Positions 53,101-64,000 of a stretch of 64,000 nt of DNA are shown here, in pieces. Position numbers and translations under genes: made by a program. Each line of letters begins with the position of its first letter. Within the stretch, counting starts at the first letter, position 1. Origin of the DNA: Tubiluchus corallicola (lineage: Eukaryota; Animalia; Priapulida); NCBI GenBank assembly GCA_030141605.1, contig JAQGDQ010000264.1:186001-250000 (forward strand). The letters are read 5' to 3'. Below the pieces are notes generated by a model, which was not told the DNA's origin, made no database searches, and was given only the letters and a program-made list of their open reading frames with translations.

Positions 53101-56100
53101 ACTAGTGATTATATCACTACACTTGAAAACACTTGACTTTCAAGCATCTGTACCTTTCTGTGGGGTATCCAGAAAGCATATTAAGAGAGACATGCTTACA
53201 ACAGTTACCTTAATAGTTAATTACTTGAAGAAAAGGGCATTGAAAAATTGTAAGTCAACTATGATTTGAACCCAGAACCTGTGCTTTTAGAGCACTTGAG
53301 CTACTGTTTCAACGTGGCAAAGCTGGTCTGAAATCTGACTCGTGCAGTACAGTCAGAGTCACCTATCACGTGTTACACTATAATAAAATTAAATAAAAAC
53401 ATAACACAAAATAATGCAACATACCATAGAATGATGTAACATTCCATGTAACATATAAACCCAATACAGTAATAATGCATTTGTTATTGCTGTGTTAAAT
53501 TTGTTGTGCCCTGAAATTTATTAAAGCAAATTGTATAACTTGCGAAAAAATCTTGGAATTGACTTACACTGAAGTGAAAAGACGATTCACGTTCTCAGTA
53601 GATTGTCGCGTTATTTTCTTTTACTAGGCAGGAATAATACAATAATCATATTATTCATGTTATTCTAATGTTTTTAACTTACTCTTTGCGTATTACACTT
53701 GTCGAAGAATATAATGAATTCTGTGTTTTCTACAGTTGGTGCTACTATGCAGTCTGGATTTTTCACTTGGTCTTTTACGTAGACAGATCCAGCCACCATC
53801 CCTGGTGTCAGAATGTTCACTGTCATGCCATCCGGACGGTCACAAGAAACCGTTACTATAAAAAATATAAAAAATAAGACTAATTTTAAAAAAATCAATG
53901 GTATGGCATGGTCATACTGTATTTAATATGATACTGATATAAAATTATATTAGCAGAGATGCATTATGTGCTTTCCTGTCAAATAACTTATGCACACGTA
54001 AAGCCACTGTTTATGTAGCAAAAATGTATATGAATTCATAAAAATATATATTAATAATATACCAGTACATCGTAAAATGAGATTAAAGGCGTAATATACT
54101 ATTATAAATAAATGAAATTGTATAACACACAGAATGTAGTGACCTGCCAGTTGTGAATAGAACAGCTTATTGAATATTCTTAAACACAACTACATTCATT
54201 GAAATAAATATAAAGAGTTTGAGAAAAAAACCCACAAAAATTCACTGTTGAGCTTAAAAGTTTAGAAGATGTTATTTTTAGACAATCATGCAGTTAAAAA
54301 ATGTTCAAATTGCTTCTCTTTTGTCAGATCACGATTCTAAATCATTTTGTATTTCACGACCCTTTTAGTGTCGTTATGCATTTAGATACTTTTACATTTA
54401 TATAGTTAACACATTGGGGAATAGCAACGAACGCATACGTAAAGTGTAATAAACAATCACAATGATTATTTACCTTTAGGTTTTAAGCCCATGCTAGATA
54501 CATAATCCAAAACCTAAAAATATAAAATTAAAATTGCATTTAATTTACTTACAATCATAATTCCTATTCCTATAAAAAGTGTCGTTAGGCTGAACATTAT
54601 TTCAGCTACTCCTGCACTTTCAACGGTCAACCAACCTGCAACAGTTTGTGTAGGCCTACTGCAAACATTCTTTTTTGCAACTTATTTTACTGACAGTGAG
54701 GATCTGCAGTTTCTTTGTGTGATGCCGTTCAGGAAAATAACTGTTATATATTTAAGGCAGATAGTTTTAAGATTTGCCTTAGCTCTAGCTGCCATATCTT
54801 GAACATATGGACAGCAAAGTTGCTTGTGTTTAAACGGGCTGTAAACTTTTGCTTTTGCACTCAAAGAATTTTATGGGCAATAAAAAGTAGGTATTTCTAC
54901 AGTAAAATGCCTATAAAACGTCTGTATTGTGCTAGTACATACTGCATTGACTGTTTCAGATTTAATGGTCAATTTTTGTCTTGTCAATTTTTATTTATGT
55001 AGTTAAAAATTTGTGTAATAGTTCATGTGCAAGCCCTATTCTGTGTGGGTGTCCTGGCTGTCCTGTCCTGTCCTGTCTGGGTGTCTGTTCACTTCCTTGT
55101 TCTTTAAAATCTACTGCTTTACTTTATTAGGTAAAATCACCAGCATATCTCAAATTTTCAATAACGTATGGTACATGGTTTACAAATGACAAAGAAATGA
55201 AAAGATTACAATTCAAATTGCTCGGTTGCATATTACTTTTTGAAAAACCCGAGGTAAATAACATTTTGGACATGTAACGACCACTTTCATTTGAGTTTAT
55301 ATCAAATTCTTTGCGCTGCTTTTATAGCACGATATGCTGTGTTTTGGGAGAAGAACTTGTATAATGTCAGCCAAGATGTATCTTTCCAAATCACTTCGAA
55401 ATGCTATCGATTTTATACACATCATTAACTGTTTTCAGTTTACAACTCTTTTAATTAGTTGTACCCAGCCCAGTTCAAGACATAACACAATTACCTTTAC
55501 TTTATTGGATAATGTTGGGCGGTTATGCTTGGGCGTTAAAAACTCTTTCACAAATTGCCATTTGTAATAATCGTCCGTATGAATTTAGTCAATTTATAAT
55601 TTTTGACAGAAATCATTAAATTCACATCGATTTGAAATTCCTGTACGCATGCTGTGCGGGCTTTTCTTTAGGAAATGAACTTCTTTTAGGATTTAAAATT
55701 CTACAACAGTGACAATTATTATTCAAATGTGTTCATCCCAGAATTACCCCCCAGAAATTTCATTTTAAAAAGTTGAAATGTTATTAAATTCTCTATATTA
55801 AACTTAATTGTTTCTCTAACTTTCTATTAAATCATAAACGTCTGTTTTTAATTTTAATCGAAGAATTTTAAATTTTCAGTCATTATTCACATGTAGAATG
55901 CGATCTTGCAGTTAAGTGACCTTGTACTCGTGCAGTTTGGTTGCATTTTTTGCGTTAGCCAATTAAATTGTAACTCTTACTTTCATTATAAAGCCTTTGA
56001 GCGGTAGGACTGTTTCTTTCTTCATTCTGCACTACGATTATGAAGTCTAGTAAACTATATAAAATTTTATAACAGGAATAGCTGATTGCTGCCCTTGGGG

Positions 56101-59100
56101 GCATATATTTTTACACATCAAGAGTTACACCAATAAAAAGTCCAGGACAATAATCCAATATCCATTTTATAAAAAGTTGCATATATGTTACAATATGCAT
56201 TATAGTCACTATATATAATACAGTGATTATCAATTTTTCTGTATAATCTAGGCGCAAAAAATCAAAGAGAATGCAGTTTCGACGGACACTCATTCTGTTT
56301 TCAGTCTTTCGGTAGGACTAGGGTTCAATTACCCCGCTTTTGGCTTTTAAGAATTAAAATACAGCGTATAGCTGTTGATTCAATTTTCTTGTTCGTTCTT
56401 TACATCTCAGAAAGGTTGGGTGTGCCTCCTATACCGTTTACTCTGGATTTTCTTCTGTCAACGGCAATTTATCCTAAGCACACCTGTTGGTTCAGCGACA
56501 TCTTGCGCGGGGAATGAAGTTTTCCGGAAGCTAGAAGGAAGGGTGGGTTCACTCAGGTGGCTCATTACAGAGTGAATTCAGTTAAATCCGTGCTTTGTGT
56601 CAGCTGTAGTAATGTCATGAAACTGACTGGTCTTAGGTAGCATGATGTCTTTATTGCTGATGAAAAATGTTCAAGTGCCATGCTTCATAAATATTATACA
56701 ATTTACAACTTTGTGAACAAATACATGTTATAAATGACTGACGAAATTATAATATCGATTCGTGTAAAGTTAACTTTTATTTTATTTGTATTTTGTTCTC
56801 GTGTTTTGCGGTGTGAGATCCTGACTGATCATAGTTTTCATTAGATTTTAGGAAAAATACAAACACTTTACGCTTACATTGATAATGGCTAAGCAAACCC
56901 GACTTGAGGCCTTTTATTTGGTTTTTGCCTCAGACACACGCTAATGCTTGGTGTTCATTCGACAGCTGGTATGCAAGTTTTTTATGAAATTGCTATAGCT
57001 TGTTATATATACAGTACGCCTTTCTTTTAGCTAATGTCGCGTAAGACACCACAAACAGTTTAGATGATCCACAATAATATATTTGGCTTCATTATCACCC
57101 TATATTTGCCACATGGGGTATTTCATGATACTTAATATATTTAAATTTTATCACCTAACCATGAATTACATAACCTTTTCTTATAAACGATGACTCTCTT
57201 AATCAAAATCTCATTAACCTCCTAAGTAGGAAACGTTTATGGCAACACGACAAAGCAGGTTTGTTGTAACTACGAGCCCTGTCTAAAGCTTACGTCGTTA
57301 AGACATGATATTTCTATTCAATGCGCGCACGCACAAGGTTAGCCCAACTTCATCAACGTCAATTATTTGGCCACTAGTTTAAAGGTGATCTTCCTCAATT
57401 ATAACAGTAAGTAGCCAGAGCGAAACTTTGACTACACATAACCGTTATAGGCTAGGTTCACATAACTCTTGCAGCACAGTTATAAATTTATGACTTAGCC
57501 ATTAGACGACTTGCAATGTTTATAAAACGGAAAACCGTTGCAGCGTTTGTAACTGCGTATTCGAATTTCCACACCCAATAGCACACATACTGCCAGGTAT
57601 TAATATTTTAGGAGCTGAATTTAAGCGCAAAAGTGAGTTGTTTCCAAATTTTGCAGACAATACGTCAAATGTTCGAGCATTCCTGATCATTAATGAATGT
57701 AAGTTGAACCTTTTCCTGGAAGTGTCGAGTAGAGTGAGAGTAAATGGGCGTTAGACACACAGGCGTAACAAAATTCAAGTAATGATTGCCAGCATGGTCG
57801 TTTGTACATACGTATATACTAGTTCTGCCACTACACAATATTTGTGTATCAGTATTATAAACTCCCATACATCTACGATCTTTTAAAATGTCTTCCAGAT
57901 CCACTTGAGAAATGGCGTTTTCTTACTGACCTCAAAACCAGTATCAAAGAGTCCCAAGACTATTGCCCATACTGCTGAATCAGTAAAATGATTTGGAACG
58001 AGCCCACTGTTTAGTTCTGTCGTAACAACAGTTACCTATTAGTTGGGGAACAAATAACGTTTACGGCCTCAGAAATAATGATTGATCAAACATCTTTTTT
58101 ACCTTTAAAACCATAAATGCTTTATTTCACTTACTGTAAGCCTAAAGGTGCTAAAGATGACAATTTGACAAAATGTGGTTCGTTTTGTACACCTTTGACC
58201 AAGTACATTATTCGCTTTTTGTTTTCCTTGGTTATGGTTTTAGGCTGAAATTCCAACGGATCAACGTGGTCAGGCCTCCAATTGACCACTTTTGCTACTT
58301 TGGTACCTCGAGGGCATTAAAACCTGTGTGTGAGCGTATGTGAAGCTAAACACCTGGAGTTCTATATCAATAATTATTTCACGTTAGCAGCCTTATTCAC
58401 ACTGATATGGTTCGCGTAATGCTCACTACTATATTTCGTTATAAAATATAGATCGGCAGGTAGACTGACAGAATGTATGTTAGAAACTTACAACTCGCAG
58501 GTAATTAAATTAATGTTTGTGAACTGTTTTATTTTCTACTCTTGGCTTTTTCTAATTGCCATTTCTTTGTCACGTGGTTTTTTTTTCGGGAGCAAACCTC
58601 TCACTAAATCTTTGGCTTTTATATTAATCTGGTAGCTACGCCGTATGCCAGCACAGCTTTAAGTACAAAAATGTGAAAATGTCTAAGTCACAGTGTGTTG
58701 TTGCCCACGAAGTTAGCCAACATCAAACTTAGTTAGTAAATGTAGAATGGACAACTGCCAGTAAAATTGTTTCTTGCAGATTTCATCTGTCAGAGAGAAT
58801 GTAACACATCCGAATATATGGCTAAATACCCTGAACCGCTTCAGTTCTCATCTTACTGGATTATTCTTTCAATGTGCAAATATTCCAATCAGGCCACAGT
58901 CATAATAAATGGACCTGCTGTTGAGTGGTGAATTTTCACTTTTGTCCAACTGCGATAAGAAAAAATACTTGGAGGGAGCCTAATCCAGTCCCCCAAACCT
59001 GACCATAACCCCCTAACTCCGTGATTGCTTATCTTAACCTAAACAACTGTCTTTCAATTTGCAAAGGCAGGTTGACTGTTAAAGTGTATGTGTCCTTGGT

Positions 59101-60816
59101 TAAAATACCGACCGCACATCGCTTGTAATTAAGTCAAGCGGCGTCTATACGACGTTTCTACGTAGTGCCCAACGAAGGAAAAAACTATTTCTGCGACGCG
59201 ACAACTGGACAGATGCATTGATTCGGTAAAGCATTTAAAATATGTAAACTAATAATTTTTTTAAGTATGTAGACACATGAGAGCTTTATGCTTTGTAGTC
59301 CATTTGTAACGATTATAATTTTTTTACTGCATGAAGCCACATTATCCGTTGAATTACATGTATTATGACATACGAGATATGTGGGTGTTCCCATGTCAAC
59401 TACCTTTCAATTTTCACTGAGACAGGAATGGTATTTATTTCCGGTAGAGGTGCTTAGTACCAGCTCCTACCACTAATTTCTATCATTATTTATACGCCCT
59501 GATGCGCATGTATCACAATTTCTCACATTACCAAATGTGATAGTTAATAGACATCAGGTAGACAAAGTTTTATAGATGGTGACCACAAATGATCTCACTA
59601 GGTTGAATTTCCTGCTTTCAGGTATGAATTCTTGTACGGGAACTTTTCAATAGAACTTTCAGTTTCGTATTTATTTTCGCTTTTGGAAGCTTTTTAATGT
59701 ACAAGTACATGCATAGCTCATTGCCTTAGGGTTGGTTAAATAGGTTGACCTCTCTGTCCGCTACCTGAGCATAGATCATGAAAACGTTTAAGATAGTCAT
59801 CATTTGCAGAAGGGCTGCAAAATGTTAGCAAGGTCGTTTTATAACTCGGGGGTTTTGGCAGTCTCTATAAACCAGTTCTTATTATCTTATAGTAATCTAT
59901 AATTACATGTTACACTTTTATGCTAACACTAAACAAAAAATATTTGTCAGGTCAGGATTAGAGCTCTTTTAAATTCGGATAAATTAATACCATCGGTTTT
60001 GCACAAACATTGTTGAAAAACGCGTTGCCTTTGTGGTAATTTTTGTGCTCTTTATGCCGTCCAGGCAGTACGTAGCTACCACAGCCTTTGAATTCGGGAA
60101 AAGCATACCTGATAAGCAGTGGAACCTCAATCGAATATGAGCTTAAGTGTGACAACATATCTTTCTTTTACATGGGATTTACGAAGATCTGCTGTCATAA
60201 GATGTTAAATGGGGTTTTCAGTGCGTATATAGGCCTGCACGTACATTCTGAATGTACACTGTGTTTGATCCGTCGAGTGTTGGATGGGAATCAGCGCGCG
60301 GAAACCAAATAGTAAGCTACAGGTGGTGTTAATCGAGATGCTAAACTTAAATATAATCTTAGACATTTTACAGTAAGCTTTTCTGCAGAATCTGCCAAAT
60401 TATGTAAAAGTCCTCTAACGTGTTTTTACAGCTTGGAGTCAAGTCATCATCTAACTGTTTAATTGGGAAATGATTGTGCAATAAGTTAGATGATCAGATT
60501 TCTGAACAATTTCAGACTCCCAGAATGAGGCTGCCGGGATAATTGTTGAGACTCGATACCTGGACTCCCAGAATGTGGCTGCCGGGATAATTGTTGAGAC
60601 TCGATACCTGAACTCCCAGAATGAGGCTGCAGGATAATTATTGAGACTCGATACCCGGCGTCTACAAATTACAGGCGCATGGAGATTGGATACCCCTTCT
60701 GTCTTGTGCATTATTAGACAATCCAGGACAAACTTATACTATTAGTTCATTAGTTCTACGATACATGTATTTACCTGCAGCAAAATGACGAAGTTGAAAA
60801 AGTGCCTAATTTTCAT
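47196..60816 (-). CDS. Cuticlin-like zona pellucida (ZP) domain transmembrane protein, ~397 aa
   Basis: Minus-strand exons 60816-60775 (MKIRHFFNFVILLQ; alternative first exon 54597-54553), 54513-54474, 53855-53683, 52729-52593, 50971-50829, 50322-50241, 49994-49829, 48828-48660, 48447-48268, 47257-47196 join in frame. Architecture: signal peptide; ZP-N (VSCD..MTVNI..GSVYVKD..PDC..DKC..YTNTIVIQRHRTVVTAEDVAYKVQCAY); ZP-C (GFVRDCWA..LLDENGCPLDPAIF..FEAFKFAEDTQVRFQCQLMLCRGPCEP); furin site RKKR; TM helix LPWIVLTALLATLLTVSILSNILFYA; short cytoplasmic tail. Confidence 0.9.
54553..54597 (-). CDS. Alternative (proximal) first coding exon of the ZP gene encoding signal peptide MFSLTTLFIGIGIMI
   Basis: ATG at 54597, 15 mostly hydrophobic codons, and a consensus GTAAGT donor in phase 0 matching exon 54513-54474. 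The exon has its own upstream acceptor (ttgcag, exon start 54635). It requires a 39-nt intron. Confidence 0.5.
54990..55240. mobile_element. Possible DINE/HINE (Helentron-associated)-like remnant with (GTCCT)n
   Basis: Short (ctgtc)n array at ~55050-55090 followed by a ctcaaattttca motif. Ends not resolved. Confidence 0.3.
60515..60656. repeat. 48-bp tandem repeat, 3 copies
   Basis: Unit gactcccagaatgaggctgccgggataattgttgagactcgatacctg starts at 60515, 60563 and 60611. Confidence 0.93.
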
Positions 60817-62052
60817 TGTGGATGTATGAACGTCTCCACTTTTCTCAGTCAATCACCTGCAATAACATAAACAAAGAGAAATGAATATTTTAACAGAGAT
60901 AATCGTCGTTGACACACAAAGTAGTTAGAAAAAGAAATCACTCCATTACATAACTAATACATACCTATAAAATATAATCAGTTACTAACGTTCTTGTAAT
61001 GCTGAAGACGAGAGTCAAATTTTGTCAGTGCCAAATCTTAAATGACGCAAATCACCTTAACGTTGAATTTAAAGGAGTATAATAACACTACAGTATACAT
61101 GAAATATTTATATGCTTGACAGTTTTCTAAGGCTCCTAATGCCCATGATCAGGCATAACACAAAAATTCTGAAATCAGCAACAATTCTGGCCGCTCAGTT
61201 TTTGAATTTAAGCAAATTAACGTAAACCCACGAACCAGTCATCGTTTCACGAAACTGGGATCTAGAATGTTTTCTATTCGCAAGATTACACTGACGTGAC
61301 TGCAGAACAGGCCCGTTATTATTCACTGTTTTAATTATTGTATAATACGCATGAAAATCCACCATCTTGCTTATTCAGTTATACACTTCAGTAATGAGCA
61401 CTTTTGTAATTTTGTAATTACTATTGTAGTGACTAAATCTTTATTTAAAAACATGCGACCATGCATTTCATTTATATGTTTCAAAGCCATTTAAATTACG
61501 TCTGTACATTCTATTTTCCATAGTTAGACAATCTAGTATTGATAAGAAATGCCCAACATTGTATGTTCTAGTTAATTGATACGTACTACAAAGGCCTAAG
61601 TATAACTGTGTTTGATCCTCCTAATCTGGAACGCTCGCATAAGTTTCTGGTAGGCCTACAAGGTAACTGTAGTTTAGGGTGTAATGAGTTACAAGAAACA
61701 CTTCATCAAGGTTTCCGGAAGATCGTTCCGTGTTAAATTTAGTCATGCATTTTAAGATGCGTTCTGTTAAACTCAGCCTTGTGGACGTATTAGCACGTAC
61801 TTCTTAAACATCAGCTTACACCTCTCTTTCAGTTATACGACCTACACAGATCTGTATTAAAATTTCGTATTAAAATGTATTGCGTGCCGGAAAAACAGGT
61901 TTAGAAGTTTGGATATAATACTACGCATAGCTTTCGATCGTGGTACCTTGATAGAAAGTTATCTTGAATCTTACACTATTTGCCAGGCCAGACAAAGACA
62001 TATTATGATATTATGGTAACGAAGCACAATATTATAGCTATCGAGAAAACAG

Positions 62053-62453
62053 TATGGGTGAGCATTCTCTACCGGAAGGCGAATTCGAATCGAATCAAAA
62101 TTGTGACTTTCAAATTCGAATCGAACCGAATTTCGGTATTTCGAATCCGAATCGGAATCGAATTCAAATTGACTTTGAAAGATTTTCGAACCACTAGTAA
62201 AAAGTGGTCTTACAAATATCATGCATACTACAAGATTTTGTTCAGCAGTAAAACTACTATTAGTTTGTTAAAAATTTTGCACAGAAACTGCAGCTAAATT
62301 CTTCTAATTTTATGTTGTTTCAAACACTTTAATGATAAGAACATAATGTGGCAGAAGTGCTGAATTATTCGAATATATAATTTTAGGTTCAAATCGAATT
62401 GGAGCTACTCGTTCGAATTCGAATTCGATTCGAACGTTCGATGCTCACCCCTA
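62053..62453. mobile_element. hAT-type MITE (401 bp)
   Basis: TIRs tatgggtgagcat / atgctcaccccta; perfect 8-bp TSD gaaaacag; subterminal TTCGAA/TCGAAT arrays at both ends. Confidence 0.92.
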
Positions 62454-64000
62454 GAAAACAGTTCGACGTCAAAAATACTTATCAATTTTAAGCAATCAAA
62501 GAAGTGGAAAGGATAATTACCAATTTTAAGCAGTAAAATATTTTTGAACGTGGAAACTATTTCACTTTAGCACTAAACGTTAATTCAAAGAAATTAATCC
62601 AGAGAAAAAAGTAAATGTTAAGAATTTTTAAAATTGTAAAGTATGATAAAAAATATAATTGCATTTTATGTGCTTTGCAACTTTTTACCAAAATTGTTTC
62701 CTTAGCGGTTTAGGTGTATGTGGGATGGGGCAATGATGCTCTGAAGCCTATAGCAAACTTGTGGCAGGCTAGAAGATGACAGCAGGTGCCGCTGTTCACT
62801 TGATGCCTTTTTGGCTGTACATTGAACTAAGTTCATTGATTTTTTTACATATTTCAAATGACAAACTAAACACATTAGATATGCTGTTATGGGCGAATGT
62901 TAATAATAGTGAAATCATTGCAAAATGTAAGAGAAGCTTCAAGAAAGAATGGCACTAAAAATTGACACTACGTGGACAGTCGTGCATGTCTGATTCCTGT
63001 ACCTATAAACTCAGCACCAGTTACCTCGATTAACACAGACCAAGGACTAAGTTAGTATTATTGTGTACTGAACTTGATTCATCTTGATTATGAAAACATG
63101 AAGAAAGCTGAGAAAATGCACAATCAAATCGCTTCGTGGGTGACTATTCATGTTGAGGCCTTGAGATCCTTGGTGATTCAGATAATTCAGTAAGCCCGAT
63201 CGACCATAGACCATACTGACTTACATAAATAAAACTGTTAATTATAAGGGTATCGAACTGACGACTTTCTTCTCAACAACTTTTTGTTTAAGTTTTCGAA
63301 GTTCACGCATTCATGCTCAATAATTTTCACTTTTTTGAGTCAAGATGATAATGATACAGTATCTCCTGGTGTCTATGTAAGACAGGCGAACATCTTAACT
63401 GGTGAGCAATAATTAGATAAAAAGTAGCGTTAACGTACACGTAATAAATAACATTTAGTTTTACAAGAAACACTGCTGTACCGGACGCTTAGGCTAAATC
63501 TAGTTGCTTGTATGACTAAATTTCTGAGCCAAGGATGCTGAAATTTCTTTCTATTATATGTAGGTTTACGTAAGATGCGTGAAAAATTAATATTGTTTAG
63601 CAAATTGTTGTGGTATTTTAATTTTATTTATGTGTTACCATTTACAAAAACACAGTAATTCAGTTTTTTTAACTGTACTGCGTTTGTTTGAATAAACTTA
63701 CTTACTATTTTATTAATTGATAAGCATATTGCCAGAAAATTGATGTTTTAGCGTCCCTACGAAATAAAACTTTCCGAACTTGGGATCCTGCTCAAAGTCA
63801 TGTTCATTGATTATCGCAATTAAGAGATCACATCATTCACATGTTTCGAAGTAATTAAACAGTTCGTAAACAAATTTAATTGTTGACCTTACTGGGTCTT
63901 GTTAAGTGACGGGCGTAACTACCATTACATAGGCCTACGCCCTACATTACACGTGAAGTTAAAATATTGCGTAAGTTCTAACAGTTCACATGATTCAATA

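Noticed and set aside
53426-53510. Possible poison cassette exon in a ZP intron (tttcag...gtatgt)
   Set aside because: Splice-like motif pairs are common by chance in AT-rich DNA, and the flanking exons join perfectly without it.
60515-60656. Mini-CRISPR or coding repeat exon
   Set aside because: Head-to-tail repeats without spacers, and no splice sites that fit the ZP reading frame.
63225-63261. Possible non-coding first exon of the ZP gene (TCAGTT Inr-like motif plus GTAAGT donor)
   Set aside because: Short motifs only; cannot be supported without transcript data.

Overview
AT-rich, intron-rich invertebrate (metazoan) nuclear DNA, not prokaryotic, so most of the supplied short ORFs are exon fragments or noise. 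By manual GT-AG exon joining with consistent phase I reconstruct four protein-coding genes: EMC1 (+, 21 exons in the window, 1313-25885, first exon upstream of the window); SRPRB/SR-beta (-, 8 exons, 36863-27206), convergent with EMC1; a divergent PPP1R35-like gene (+, 41261-43491); and a cuticlin-type ZP-domain transmembrane protein (-, ending at 47196) that appears to have two alternative signal-peptide first coding exons (ATG at 60816 or 54597). The introns hold many decayed transposable elements: two full-length but inactivated hAT transposons (Buster-like and ZBED1/Ac-like), several hAT, pogo and Harbinger MITEs, a Helitron-like element, a BEL/Pao fragment, LINE fragments and a tRNA-derived SINE. 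There is also a ~40-bp minisatellite with a 405-bp higher-order period. I see no clearly new biological system. The best leads are the alternative signal-peptide exons with a 39-nt intron, the tail-to-tail EMC1-SRPRB pair and the higher-order minisatellite. All family assignments rest on motif recognition from memory; no database search was run.
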